NCBI GenBank assembly: GCA_965261395.1
Contig: OZ253462.1
Span: 2,848,001 to 2,912,000, forward strand
Source: Candidatus Latescibacterota bacterium
GTDB lineage: Bacteria > Latescibacterota > UBA2968 > UBA8231
Length of the DNA stretch: 64,000 bases
Direction of reading: 5' to 3'
The translations under genes were made by a program, and so were the position numbers. This document shows, piece by piece, positions 8,593 through 18,397 of the stretch; within the stretch, counting starts at the first letter, position 1, and every line of letters begins with the position of its first letter. Under the pieces are notes generated by a model. The model did no database searches. It worked only from the letters and a program-made list of their open reading frames with translations, and was not told the origin of the DNA.

Positions 8593-10974
8593 TTACCGCA
8601 GCAACATCATGCGGCGAGTGATGGCGAAGGAGGTTCCTTCCAAGCGGTAGATATAGACCCCGCTGGCCATCTCTTGGCCACTTCCGTCCTTGCCGTTCCA
8701 AGCCAGTACGTGCGCTCCAGCCGCAAGATAGCCATCGGTCAGCACGCGCACGATCTGGCCGGTTAGGTTGTAGATGACCAAGCGCGTAGGACCGGCCATG
8801 TTGGCGGGGATTTGGAAGGGGATTACCGTGGAGGCATTGAAGGGGTTCGGCGCGTTCTGCTGCAGGAAGGGACGGGCGGCCTCGGCATGCAACCGGTACG
8901 CTTGTCCCTCAATCACCACCACCATATCCAGACCCAACCCAACGAAGGGAGCCAGCGCATCCGGGGCTAGCGCGTCGAAGCTAACCTCGACGATGGGCAT
9001 GCCTAACTGGAACGCTGTATCGACCCACAGCTCGTCTTGACGGTAGAAAGACCGGCCAAGCCACGTCGCCATTTCAGATTCGTCCTCCACTGCAGTACTA
9101 CCGAACGAATCACCCACGGCCGAGTCCTCAGTGCCTTCGGGCAGAGGCAAGGGCACCGACACAGTCTCCAGACCGTCCTCGTTGCGGATGCGGCGGTCGA
9201 TGGCAATAAAGGAGGTGTACTTGGTGAGCAAGTTGTAGTCCAAGCCTAGCTGCGTTATCTGGGGACGCAGGGCGTCGCTGTAACTGGCCTGTTCATCGTC
9301 GCTGAGTTGGTCAATGCGGTGGCGGGCCCACAAATAGCGCAGGGCCTTGTTGGTGGGCTTGGCTTGGAAAGTGGATACGTCGAATTGGGCGCTGTATGCT
9401 TGGTCGCCGGTGCGGCCTCCTAACAGCACAGTGCCCGCGGCCGCGCCGCGCCACTTGCCAAAGACGACGATCGGCCGATCCGCCAGCATATCGGGGATGA
9501 AGGCCGGCTCCACTTCATACGCGTCAAAGCCTTCGAATCCCGCCTCTACTTGGGTGAGGATGGGAGTGCTAATATACGATTGGAAGCGGGCGGCCTCGTC
9601 GGGCGCTTGCCCCTCGTCAATGACCACGAAAGGCTCGCCTTGGCCGGCCCGGGCGAGGCCTTCGATGAGGAAGCGGTTGACCGACGAGCCAATGCCAAAG
9701 GCAAATAAGCTGGCTTGGCCCAGACGCTGACGCACCAGTTTAAAGGCGGCTGCTTCAAAGTCGACGAAACCATCGGTGATCACCGCGACGATGCGGGCAT
9801 AGCCCTCCCCGGCCAGAGGCAGACCGAAAGCCCGGTTGAGCCCGATGAGCAACTCGGTACCACCCCCGCCCTGTTGCCCGTCAATGAAGGCCCAAGCCTG
9901 GTCAAGATTTTCCTGAGTGGCCGGCAGCGAGCGGTCGCTCAAAACCGCCGCCGCGCCAGCGAAGAGGACGACGTTAAAGCGATCCTCAGGGCGCAACTGG
10001 CCGAGCAGATTTTTCATCAGGCCCTTTGACACCGTGAGGGGGAAGCCCCTCATGGAGCCGGATACATCGATCACAAAGATATATTCGCGCGGTGGAATCT
10101 GGCTCAGCTCTGGACGGGCGGGCGGCTGGGCCATGAGCAAAAAGAAATTCTCCTCTTCTCCCTCGTACAACAGCAGACCCGACTCGACCTGTTGGCCGGC
10201 TAGCTGGTAGTGCAGGATGAAATCGCGGTTGCCGCCAAAACCGCCCGCCGGATCCAAAGTCAGGCGCAATTCCTCCGGGGCGTCCTGCGCGACGATCACG
10301 GCGTGGCTGGGGCAGTCGTAGGCTTGGATGGGCAGGCCGGCGGCCAAGCTCATCTCGATCGCATAGGTGTAGTTGGGATCTTCGCCCTCGTGCAAATAGG
10401 GAATGAGTTCGGCCCCGCCCGGAGCCAGGATTTCATTGACCGCCTCGGGGGAATAGCGCGGGCCGACCACAGTGGGCAGGACGAATTCGTACTGTTTTTC
10501 CGTGGGTACTAATAATTCCGTATAGGACAGGCGCACGGCAATGGAGTCTCCCGGCAGGATATTGGCCACGTTCATCTTGAAGACGTTGGGGCGCTCCTGT
10601 TCGAGCAGGGAAGCGGTCTGGCCCTGCTCGCGCGCCTCCTCGTATTCCCGACGGGCCTCCTCGCGCTCGCGAATCTCAGCGATGATTTCGCGGTCGCCGG
10701 TGTGCATCACCATGCCGTACACCGCGGCCCGAGTCGAGGCCGGGAATATGTAAATAGCTTCGAGCGGTCGAGTGCCTTCGTTGCGGTACACCTGCTCGAT
10801 GGTCACGTCGGCGATGACCCCGGCAATGTGGACTTGGGCGGCCACCGACTTGAGCGGCAGTTGGTCCACGGACGGATCGTCGGTATCGACGAAGAAGAAA
10901 GGAGCTAGAGTTCTGTCAGCTACGGATGGGTCTTGTTGGGCCGAGGCCGCTACGGCTCCCAGCAATAAGACCAA
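8593..10974 (-). CDS. VIT + VWA domain protein with C-terminal FlgD-Ig/secretion-type domain
   Basis: VIT (YRNEGTRPLEAIYIFP), MIDAS motif DVSGSM, ITDG, and C-terminal QNAPNPFNAST...WNGKD...SGVYIYRL; start codon uncertain. Confidence 0.85.
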   Translation of the reverse strand: MVLLLGAVAASAQQDPSVADRTLAPFFFVDTDDPSVDQLPLKSVAAQVHIAGVIADVTIEQVYRNEGTRPLEAIYIFPASTRAAVYGMVMHTGDREIIAEIREREEARREYEEAREQGQTASLLEQERPNVFKMNVANILPGDSIAVRLSYTELLVPTEKQYEFVLPTVVGPRYSPEAVNEILAPGGAELIPYLHEGEDPNYTYAIEMSLAAGLPIQAYDCPSHAVIVAQDAPEELRLTLDPAGGFGGNRDFILHYQLAGQQVESGLLLYEGEEENFFLLMAQPPARPELSQIPPREYIFVIDVSGSMRGFPLTVSKGLMKNLLGQLRPEDRFNVVLFAGAAAVLSDRSLPATQENLDQAWAFIDGQQGGGGTELLIGLNRAFGLPLAGEGYARIVAVITDGFVDFEAAAFKLVRQRLGQASLFAFGIGSSVNRFLIEGLARAGQGEPFVVIDEGQAPDEAARFQSYISTPILTQVEAGFEGFDAYEVEPAFIPDMLADRPIVVFGKWRGAAAGTVLLGGRTGDQAYSAQFDVSTFQAKPTNKALRYLWARHRIDQLSDDEQASYSDALRPQITQLGLDYNLLTKYTSFIAIDRRIRNEDGLETVSVPLPLPEGTEDSAVGDSFGSTAVEDESEMATWLGRSFYRQDELWVDTAFQLGMPIVEVSFDALAPDALAPFVGLGLDMVVVIEGQAYRLHAEAARPFLQQNAPNPFNASTVIPFQIPANMAGPTRLVIYNLTGQIVRVLTDGYLAAGAHVLAWNGKDGSGQEMASGVYIYRLEGTSFAITRRMMLLR

Positions 10975-11057
10975 TGCAGTAAAGCTAGAGGCACGTTCAT
11001 TGGGGCACCTCTCTGGAGTCAGTTAGGAGTAGAGCGTCAGCAGTGGCCCCGCTTGGG

Positions 11058-12395
11058 TCATCTGGGTTCGAGGCGATCGATGCGCCCTTCCTGGAGATCC
11101 ACTTCCAGCCAAGGATCGGCCGTGTCGCGGCGGAACTGGTAGAGTTGGGTGCGCATCTGGGCGGCCAACTCCTGCAAGTGGGGGTCGTCGATCCGATTGA
11201 CGCTTTCGGTGGGATCGGCCTCCAGATCGTATAACTCCTCGGGCTCCCGCGCGAGCACGTGGCGAGTGGGACGCTGGCCCATAGTGGGAATCGCGTCGCG
11301 CCGCACCGCCGTCCACGTGGTCGAACGGAACAGGTCCGTGGGCAGCAGGGTGGTGAGACCAGCGGCCAAGTTGCGCACGAATTTGTAGCGCCGTCCGCGC
11401 AGCACCCGGTAGGGATTGTAATCGACCACCTCGTGAAAGCAGTGCGAAAAGAACGTGTGATCCCAGTCGGGGACGGACGGATCGGCTAGTCCCGGCAGGA
11501 GGGAGCGGCCCGGCAAATCCTCGGGGACGGGCACCCCGTACCAGTCGTGCAAAGTGGGGCGGATATCGGTCCAATTGACGAGGGACTGGCTGCGGGTGCC
11601 GGGGGCGGCGATGCCCGGTGCCCGCAGGATAAAGGGGCAGTGGTGGCCGCTGTCGAAGAAGGATGCCTTAGCCCCGGGGAAGGGCATGGCGTGGTCGGTT
11701 GTGACGATGACCAAGGTCTCGTCGGCCCGGCCCGATTCCTCCAGTGCGTCGAGCAAACAGCCCACGCCAAAGTCGAAGCGGGAGACCGCTTGATAGTACT
11801 CGGCGAGGTCAGCGCGCACGTCGGGCACATCGGGCAGGTAGGGCGGAACCACCACGTCATCGGGGCTGTACGGAGTTTCGGGCACGTCTGAGTAAGGGCG
11901 CTCATTGCCAAAACCCCGACCCGCGCGGTGGGGATCGGAAAACCCCACGTGCATATAGAACGGCTGGTCGGGATGAGCGGCCCAAAAGTCGTGAGCGGCG
12001 CGGGCTAGTTCGACGCCGTTCCTGGCATTGACCTTAGGCTCAAAGTCGAAGGGGTACACGCTGGGCGGTTCTACGTGCTTTTTGCCGATGCAGGCCGTGG
12101 CGTAGCCATGCTCCTTGAGGCTGGAAGGCGTGGAGGTAATATGGGAGTGCGTGGAGAAGCCGTGGATGCCGTGGCAGTGGCCGTACTGGCCGTGGGTGTG
12201 GCTGTGGTATCCGGTGAGGATGCAGGCGCGGCTGACCGCGCACGAAGGGCTGGTGCAGAAGGCTTGGTCGAAGATCGCGCCCTCGCGGGCGAACGCGTCA
12301 ATGCGGGGTGTGCGAACGACGCTATTGCCGTAGCAGCCGGCGATGCGACTCCAGTCGTCGGCGATGAGGAATAGGACACTGCGCTGGGCGGTCAT
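11058..12395 (-). CDS. Sulfatase (N-sulfoglucosamine sulfohydrolase-like)
   Basis: LIADD, SCAVSRACILTG, GKKH, DPHR, TDHAMPFP and ELYDLEADP motifs. Confidence 0.9.
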   Translation of the reverse strand: MTAQRSVLFLIADDWSRIAGCYGNSVVRTPRIDAFAREGAIFDQAFCTSPSCAVSRACILTGYHSHTHGQYGHCHGIHGFSTHSHITSTPSSLKEHGYATACIGKKHVEPPSVYPFDFEPKVNARNGVELARAAHDFWAAHPDQPFYMHVGFSDPHRAGRGFGNERPYSDVPETPYSPDDVVVPPYLPDVPDVRADLAEYYQAVSRFDFGVGCLLDALEESGRADETLVIVTTDHAMPFPGAKASFFDSGHHCPFILRAPGIAAPGTRSQSLVNWTDIRPTLHDWYGVPVPEDLPGRSLLPGLADPSVPDWDHTFFSHCFHEVVDYNPYRVLRGRRYKFVRNLAAGLTTLLPTDLFRSTTWTAVRRDAIPTMGQRPTRHVLAREPEELYDLEADPTESVNRIDDPHLQELAAQMRTQLYQFRRDTADPWLEVDLQEGRIDRLEPR

Positions 12396-12401
12396 AGGGG
12401 C

Positions 12402-12830
12402 CTAGGCAGACGCCGACTCAGAGGTGCCCTTGTGCCGCTCGTCGTACGGGAGTTCGCACGCCTCATCGGCGCATTCGACCCTGCCGAACCGATGCCGATT
12501 GCGCGCGATGAGTCCGTAGCCAGCGCGAAATAGCTGCTTCAGTCCCGGAATGCAGTACACCCAGGTGAACAGATGCCAAGGAGGAAGCCGGCGGTAAATC
12601 TGGTACACTGCATCTGCCCCGACATCGACCTGCCCGCCGGCGTGAATGAGGCGCAGGCCGGTGTTAAAGTCGGAACTGGAGAGGACCGGAAACCGCTCTT
12701 CGATGCCGTCCGTTTGGCGCGGCAGGTACTCGAAGCAGCCGTTGCGGTCAAAGCGGCGAATGCGGCCGACGCTCCACAGGCAGAAACGGCATTCGCCGTC
12801 GTACACGATTACAGGAAGAGTTTCGCTCAT
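12402..12830 (-). CDS. DCC1/DUF393 thiol-disulfide oxidoreductase family
   Basis: VYDGECRFC motif; YGLIARNR. Confidence 0.85.
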   Translation of the reverse strand: MSETLPVIVYDGECRFCLWSVGRIRRFDRNGCFEYLPRQTDGIEERFPVLSSSDFNTGLRLIHAGGQVDVGADAVYQIYRRLPPWHLFTWVYCIPGLKQLFRAGYGLIARNRHRFGRVECADEACELPYDERHKGTSESASA

Positions 12831-13111
12831 ATTTTAAGATACCCTCTACATTGCAAGTATTATGATTATACCACAGAAGTGTTAACGTCAACAAACGCGT
12901 TGTGCAAGTGCTGAATTTAGGAAGCGCCGGACGAGAGACGGCCCCGTGTGTGCCCGTGCGTCAACCGTCCGCCGCGTAGCCCGCCGCATTTAGGGATCTG
13001 GCCGCTCGTTGCGATTGCGACTGTGTACCGAGCGATGTACCTTCGTTTCGCATAAATAGCATCTAGCGGTCGTTACCCTAACCCGAATCAATTATTTGGA
13101 GATAAGCAGTT

Positions 13112-13231
13112 ATGAGAAGCTACAAAAAAAGAACATTCGCTGCGTATTATGGGACTATGACAACAACGGAAAACAGCTTCTTTGATTCTAACGGTGTCCA
13201 AATTCGCTATGCTGACGAAAGGCAAGGCTGA
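13112..13231 (+). pseudogene. N-terminal stub of an alpha/beta hydrolase
   Basis: Manual translation ...MTTTENSFFDSNGVQIRYADERQG* resembles the first strands of alpha/beta hydrolases; stops 2 nt before the next ATG. Confidence 0.45.
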
Positions 13232-13233
13232 CG

Positions 13234-14040
13234 ATGATGACCGAAGAACAACGCTATCTTTTTGATCTATGCGGTTTTCTGCACCTGAAGAACGCCCTGA
13301 CTCCGGAGGAACTGGATGCGGCTTCGGAGGCCGTCAGGCGCTACATCGGCAGCGCACCGGAAGACCTGCCGCCGCATTTCGGACAATCAAAAAATCTCAA
13401 GGGCTTTGCGCACGGCTTCGCCTTCGACCGAGCGCTGGAAAAGCTGGTCTTTCTGCCTGCAGTCTGGCCCATCGTGCTGGAGCTGACCAACGGCAAACCC
13501 ATGCTCGCCAGCGGTACCCTGATGGTCGACGATCCCGACGGACACACCGAGGCGGTGCCGCTGCACTGCGCCCGCGAAGACTACGGCTTTGAGAGCGCCC
13601 GTTACGAGGTGCGCGAGGGCCGTATCTACTGTGACGACTTTGTGGTGTTTCCCTACTTGGACGATGTGCATCCCGGTGATGGCGGGCTACTAGTGGTGCC
13701 GGGGTCGCACAAAAGCCAGTTTGACCGGCCGCCGCAGTTATTTTCCCAGGGTCTCATCGAAGGGGAGGTACCGCCGGGGGTCATCAATATCACGCCCGCG
13801 GCCGGGGATGTGGTGGTTATGCCTGAATGCATGACCCACGGGGTCCTGCCCTGGAAATCCGCCGACCGCCAGCGCCGGGTGCTGACGCTGCGCTACCGGC
13901 CACACCACCGCCAAGCCGGCCCCATTCCGGCGGCGGTCAAAGAGCGGCTGGCACCCGAAACGCGCGAGTTGGTCGAATCGGCGCACTATACCCATGAAAA
14001 GGAAATCGCCACTCGGCAACGGGTGAGCCTCAGCGAGTAA
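13234..14040 (+). CDS. PhyH-family Fe/2OG oxygenase with HxA motif
   Basis: YLFDLCGFL, LHCARE, VVPGSHK, AGDVVV and THG motifs. Confidence 0.85.
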   Translation: MMTEEQRYLFDLCGFLHLKNALTPEELDAASEAVRRYIGSAPEDLPPHFGQSKNLKGFAHGFAFDRALEKLVFLPAVWPIVLELTNGKPMLASGTLMVDDPDGHTEAVPLHCAREDYGFESARYEVREGRIYCDDFVVFPYLDDVHPGDGGLLVVPGSHKSQFDRPPQLFSQGLIEGEVPPGVINITPAAGDVVVMPECMTHGVLPWKSADRQRRVLTLRYRPHHRQAGPIPAAVKERLAPETRELVESAHYTHEKEIATRQRVSLSE

Positions 14041-14816
14041 TGCGAACAATGGGACACGACTGGACACTTGCCCTTGAACAGCAGACGGACCTGACCTCAT
14101 CCCATGGCGCGGTGTCCGAGTTGGCGGCAGGGGTACGCCGAGGCGCAGATCTCAGGCTTTACATGACCACAGATCGGTACGAGGAAACGCTCTATTTCCA
14201 GCAGACTTATGCCGGTGGGGGGGACGCGTTTGCAGGACTCATGAGCCACCACCATAGCTATGTACATCGCGGCCAAGACATACAGCAACCATACATCAGC
14301 ATCTTCAAATACGACGAGTCCGGAACCTTCTGCCACGTGAAGTGGATGTGGCCTGATGTGCGCGTGGATGAGAGCCAGGCCTATCCGTACGGGATATATC
14401 GGTGGTTTATCTGCGACCGCTGGCGTACGGTCTACGAACACGATGCCGATGGCAATGCGGTACGCGGCAATCTGGAGGAACTGAAAGAGCATGTCCGGCA
14501 GGGACACTCGGTTCAGGTAGGAGTCCGCCAACTGTTCGGCTTGGCCGAGGATACCACTGACGGGCCATCGCACATCTCGTTTGGCACAACGATGCAGCCG
14601 CTCATCCGCGATGGCCATGTACAGTCCAACTGCGACCTCGTTGTGCTAGGCGCTCCGAAATGGCCGTGCACTTGGCGCGACGGCCTCCATGTGGCAATGA
14701 TGCTGCCCTCCACATCCGGTGAGATTCTCTGCTTCCTTGCTGAACCGGGGAATCTCCCGTTTAAACGGGTCATGCGGCGGCGCTCCATGCAGTGGATGGT
14801 GGCAGAGATGGCGTGA
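14040..14816 (+). CDS. Hypothetical protein with two internal repeats
   Basis: TAATG overlap with the upstream gene; DWTLALEQ...GAVSELAAGVRRGADLRL resembles DRWRTVYEH...GNLEELKEHVRQGHSVQV. Confidence 0.7.
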   Translation: MRTMGHDWTLALEQQTDLTSSHGAVSELAAGVRRGADLRLYMTTDRYEETLYFQQTYAGGGDAFAGLMSHHHSYVHRGQDIQQPYISIFKYDESGTFCHVKWMWPDVRVDESQAYPYGIYRWFICDRWRTVYEHDADGNAVRGNLEELKEHVRQGHSVQVGVRQLFGLAEDTTDGPSHISFGTTMQPLIRDGHVQSNCDLVVLGAPKWPCTWRDGLHVAMMLPSTSGEILCFLAEPGNLPFKRVMRRRSMQWMVAEMA

Positions 14817-14823
14817 GCATTTT

Positions 14824-14911
14824 GTCTAACAAACCGGATCACCTTGACAGCGGTGCCCGTAGGCAGCACAGCGACCTCCTGTCCTTGCGAAGGGCCAAGA
14901 CGTTGTACGCC
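14824..14911 (+). mobile_element. Degenerate attC-like site
   Basis: Begins GTCTAAC (RYYYAAC) 7 nt after a stop codon and ends GTTGTACGCC; internal symmetry is poor. Confidence 0.4.
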
Positions 14912-14947
14912 ATGCACCATCCTTTCCAAATCTCACAGGATTCACGC

Positions 14948-16105
14948 ATGAGCAAGAGAACGCTGAAATGGTTGAAATGTGCGACCTGCGGAGAGAGTAA
15001 GCCGGATACTCACTTTCATCAACGTGCAAGATCGAAAACCGGGTATGCTCCCAGCTGTCGCACATGCGTGAATAGGAAGCGCCGCAGCAAGAAGGCCACA
15101 CCTGCGGCCACCGGAACGCATTTGAAGACCTTAGTGAAAAAAGGTGACTTGAATAGTTTGAAAATCCTGGTCGAGAAGAAACTCACGCGTTCTTTCGACG
15201 CACTCCTGAATACGTGTGTGACGCCTTATGTTTCGTACCCAAAGATAGCTGCACATCCGAAACTCGTCCGCTTCCTCATCCAGAGAGGCGCTGACCCAGA
15301 CGCTCGGGGAACGCACGGGGAACGAATGCTATCTCTTGCCGCAAAGACGGCCCGACCAGACTTGGTCGAAGCACTCATAGACGGAGGCGCGACGGTCAAC
15401 TTTTTCAATGCTGCCGCAATTCTGGATCTGTCCGCGGTAAAAGGGTTCCTGGCAAACGATAAGTCCATCGCCAAGGCGACGGATGATAACGGACTGACTG
15501 GATTGCACTATTGCGCAGGATCAGCGCTAGGTCGGGTTACAGAGGAACATCAAGAGCGACAACTCGGTCTGATCGATCTTCTATTGAATGCAGGATCCGA
15601 TCCAAATCTTGAGGTCGAAATGGGGATAGCTGTCACGCCGCTGGTCTCTTGTTGTCAGAGCGGGGGAGCCGTTCCTGTTATTCAAGCACTGGTGCGTGGC
15701 GGTGCAGAGCCGAATCATCCAAACGCGCTGAGGGCGGCTCTGCGACACTTCAAGAAGAAGCGTACCTCGGAGAATCCTGTTGCCAATGCGTTGATTGATT
15801 GCGGATGTGAAGTAGACGGATTGATTGATGCAGACAGGACGTGCCTCCATCTCTATAGCCACCACGAAGAGATACAGGCTGTATCTTGGCTTCTAGAGCA
15901 CGGCGCGTCAGTGCATGCGCGAATAGCGGATGGACGAACACCTCTTCATTTGGCAGTAGAAAGGAACAACAACACAACGGTCGTCGAGCTTTTAGTTGGC
16001 TATGGAGCTGATATTGATGCCAAAGACAGACTCGGGAAGAAGCCCATAGACTACGCACGGAGTAACAACAAAGCGAGAATTGTGGAATTTCTTAGCAATC
16101 AATGA
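14948..16105 (+). CDS. Ankyrin-repeat protein with N-terminal CxxC...CxxC zinc ribbon
   Basis: CATC...CRTC; ankyrin units GLTGLHYCA, TPLVSC, RTCLHL and GRTPLHLA; ATG at 14948 follows AGGA. Confidence 0.85.
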   Translation: MSKRTLKWLKCATCGESKPDTHFHQRARSKTGYAPSCRTCVNRKRRSKKATPAATGTHLKTLVKKGDLNSLKILVEKKLTRSFDALLNTCVTPYVSYPKIAAHPKLVRFLIQRGADPDARGTHGERMLSLAAKTARPDLVEALIDGGATVNFFNAAAILDLSAVKGFLANDKSIAKATDDNGLTGLHYCAGSALGRVTEEHQERQLGLIDLLLNAGSDPNLEVEMGIAVTPLVSCCQSGGAVPVIQALVRGGAEPNHPNALRAALRHFKKKRTSENPVANALIDCGCEVDGLIDADRTCLHLYSHHEEIQAVSWLLEHGASVHARIADGRTPLHLAVERNNNTTVVELLVGYGADIDAKDRLGKKPIDYARSNNKARIVEFLSNQ

Positions 16106-16125
16106 GCGGAGCAACTGCTGAGCAC

Positions 16126-16206
16126 GGCGCACAACACCGAGTGCCCGCCTCCGCTTCGCTTCGGGAAACCTGCTGCGCAGGTTCGGACACTCTGAACTCG
16201 TTAAAT
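16126..16206 (+). mobile_element. attC-like recombination site
   Basis: GCACAAC...GAGTGCCCG/CGGACACTC stem, inner AACCTGC/GCAGGTT hairpin, ends GTTAAAT (GTTRRRY); lies just after the ankyrin stop. Confidence 0.6.
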
Positions 16207-16333
16207 GACATGGGATGAGACAGACACCTCTTCAGTATACCTTTAGAATTGAGGCGGATATACTGCGTTTTCGCAGTTCAAGAACGAGCAAAATAACTCC
16301 AGGAGACCGAAACAGTACGATAGGCAACTCACA

Positions 16334-17122
16334 ATGATTGATGATTCCTACAGTTCAGGAGCGAAGCATTACGACGCTGCATACAGCGTCAAAGAGGATT
16401 TGGTGGACCGGGACTTCTATCTCGATCTAGCCAATGAGTACGGTGGCCCGGTCCTCGAGTTTGGCTGCGGCACTGGGAGAATTACCTTGCCGCTGGCGCG
16501 ACAAGGTGTTGATGTCACGGGGATAGATGCTTCTCATTCAATGCTGGAGGTCTTGCGCGCCAAGCTCGTCAAGGAACCTAGAAGCGTACGACGGAGAACG
16601 CGAGTTATAGAGGGAGATTTTCGCACCCATTATTTGGGGGATCAATTTTCCTTGGTAGTAATTCCATTCAGACCCATGCAGCATATGTACGCTACGGAAG
16701 ATCAACTGGCGGCCCTGCAAAACGCCGGGAGACACTTAGCAGATGGTGGCATCCTCGCGTTTGATGTGTTCAATCCCCGTTTCGACAAAATTCTATCGGG
16801 CGTCGGCGAAGAATACTTGGACCTGGAGTGGCCTGCACAAGACGGAACGGATCGGATGATCCGACGGTATTTTGTAAAAGACGAGATTGACCTGATCAAT
16901 CTGAATTTCTCGGGCAGGTTTATCTTCCGATTGTGTGAGGGTGATAAGGTTCTATCTGAGGAGGAGCAGCCGTTGAAGATGAGTTTCTATACTTATCCTC
17001 ACCTCAAAGTGCTTTTCTGCGCTGCCGGTCTTGAGAGTGTGGGAGAATTCGGATCATTTGATCGGCGACCGATAGGGCCCGAGGCCCCCGAAATGATATT
17101 CCTACTGAAGCGTCGGCAATAG
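16334..17122 (+). CDS. Class I SAM-dependent methyltransferase
   Basis: VLEFGCGTGR, GIDAS and GGILAFD motifs. Confidence 0.9.
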   Translation: MIDDSYSSGAKHYDAAYSVKEDLVDRDFYLDLANEYGGPVLEFGCGTGRITLPLARQGVDVTGIDASHSMLEVLRAKLVKEPRSVRRRTRVIEGDFRTHYLGDQFSLVVIPFRPMQHMYATEDQLAALQNAGRHLADGGILAFDVFNPRFDKILSGVGEEYLDLEWPAQDGTDRMIRRYFVKDEIDLINLNFSGRFIFRLCEGDKVLSEEEQPLKMSFYTYPHLKVLFCAAGLESVGEFGSFDRRPIGPEAPEMIFLLKRRQ

Positions 17123-17149
17123 TCTTTTCTCGAAAGAAAGGGGTATAAA

Positions 17150-18037
17150 ATGCGTCTCCTACCGATTTTAGGGGTCTTGGCCATTTCAGCAAATCTCCAA
17201 GCCCAGCCGCAAGCGGCTATCAATCGTCAGCCTGTATCCGAAGAGGTGTTCGCAACGATTGCCGACCACTACGGGTACGACCAGTCTCAGCCTCTGGACA
17301 CATCTGTTATAGGCGTTTGGCCTCATAGGCTGCCGTATATTATCGAAAAAGTAGAATTTAGTAGCATTCACGATGAGCGTGTGCCCGCCTACTTTACTCA
17401 TCCTAAAGATTCTACCGCAACGCGCTATCCAGCCGTTCTGCTGCTTCACGGGGCCAACGATTTCTGGGGCAAGAACGAGGACTGGGCTCTTGAGTGGATG
17501 GATATTCTATCGCGCGAGGGGTGGTGTGTGCTGGTTGCTGATTTTTATGGCTTTGGCGAACGGAAAAAGGCTGGACAGGTACCCTCGTGGGGGGCAGGCC
17601 CCTACACGGGGCGCGATATAAACATTCAAGCCGTGACCGACCAGAGACGGGGCATTGACTTTTTGTTTTCCCGTCCAGAAGTGGACACGACCAAGGTAGC
17701 CTTGATGGGTGGGAGCATGGGCGGTTATTTCGGTACTTTCGTAGCGGGTCTTGAAAGCCGATTCACCACTGTCGTTTTGACCGTGACCGGTGCCTGGCCG
17801 GGAACGGCGACGGATGATGCATTGGCTCGATTTAGCCATACGCTGAATTTCGCCCCTCGGGTTAGCGCACCAATACTTATGGTCAATGCGACCGGAGATG
17901 GTCGTGCATTTGGTGAAGAGCTCTATAACGCAATGCCAGAACCCAAGCAGCAGATCTGGTATGAAAGTGAGCATTATTTACCGCCAAGAGAATACAGCGA
18001 GGATATACTTAACTGGTTCCATAAACATCTTGATTGA
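17150..18037 (+). CDS. Secreted alpha/beta hydrolase (acetyl-xylan esterase/dienelactone hydrolase-like)
   Basis: Signal peptide; LLHG; GGSMGG nucleophile elbow; C-terminal His. Confidence 0.85.
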   Translation: MRLLPILGVLAISANLQAQPQAAINRQPVSEEVFATIADHYGYDQSQPLDTSVIGVWPHRLPYIIEKVEFSSIHDERVPAYFTHPKDSTATRYPAVLLLHGANDFWGKNEDWALEWMDILSREGWCVLVADFYGFGERKKAGQVPSWGAGPYTGRDINIQAVTDQRRGIDFLFSRPEVDTTKVALMGGSMGGYFGTFVAGLESRFTTVVLTVTGAWPGTATDDALARFSHTLNFAPRVSAPILMVNATGDGRAFGEELYNAMPEPKQQIWYESEHYLPPREYSEDILNWFHKHLD

Positions 18038-18052
18038 CCTCGTGAGCGGAGA

Positions 18053-18376
18053 CTAATCATTCTTCAATTTGCCCATCCAAGCAAGCACTACGATGACCAC
18101 CGGCCAAAACGTAGTATTGATTAAATCGTGTATGCTTGCAGTTACTGCCTTAAGGCGAAAGTAACCCAGAGAGACATAATCATATCTTAGATCAAGAATC
18201 TCCATCAAGGATGCTATAATTACGACAGGGACCAAACACCGCGCTTCAATTGAGCCCTTTTTCCAAAGGACTACAGCCAAAAAGAACACGATCAATCCTA
18301 CATGCATATGGATCGAGTCCTTTGAAAGTTTCAAGATGGAGACGATTACTACCTTAGCTTCTTGATATTCGGACAT
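18053..18376 (-). CDS. Small membrane protein (hypothetical)
   Basis: Three hydrophobic segments; DSIHMHVGL...DLINTTFWP; AT-rich relative to its neighbours. Confidence 0.65.
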   Translation of the reverse strand: MSEYQEAKVVIVSILKLSKDSIHMHVGLIVFFLAVVLWKKGSIEARCLVPVVIIASLMEILDLRYDYVSLGYFRLKAVTASIHDLINTTFWPVVIVVLAWMGKLKND

Positions 18377-18397
18377 TTCCCAATCTTTACTTTAAGT

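Noticed and set aside
12831-13111. Possible ncRNA or riboswitch in the divergent intergenic region
   Set aside because: No recognisable conserved motif or convincing structure by eye; an Rfam scan would be needed.
16207-18376. Further integron cassettes (methyltransferase, hydrolase, membrane protein)
   Set aside because: Composition is cassette-like, but I found no attC-like site after 17122 or 18037.
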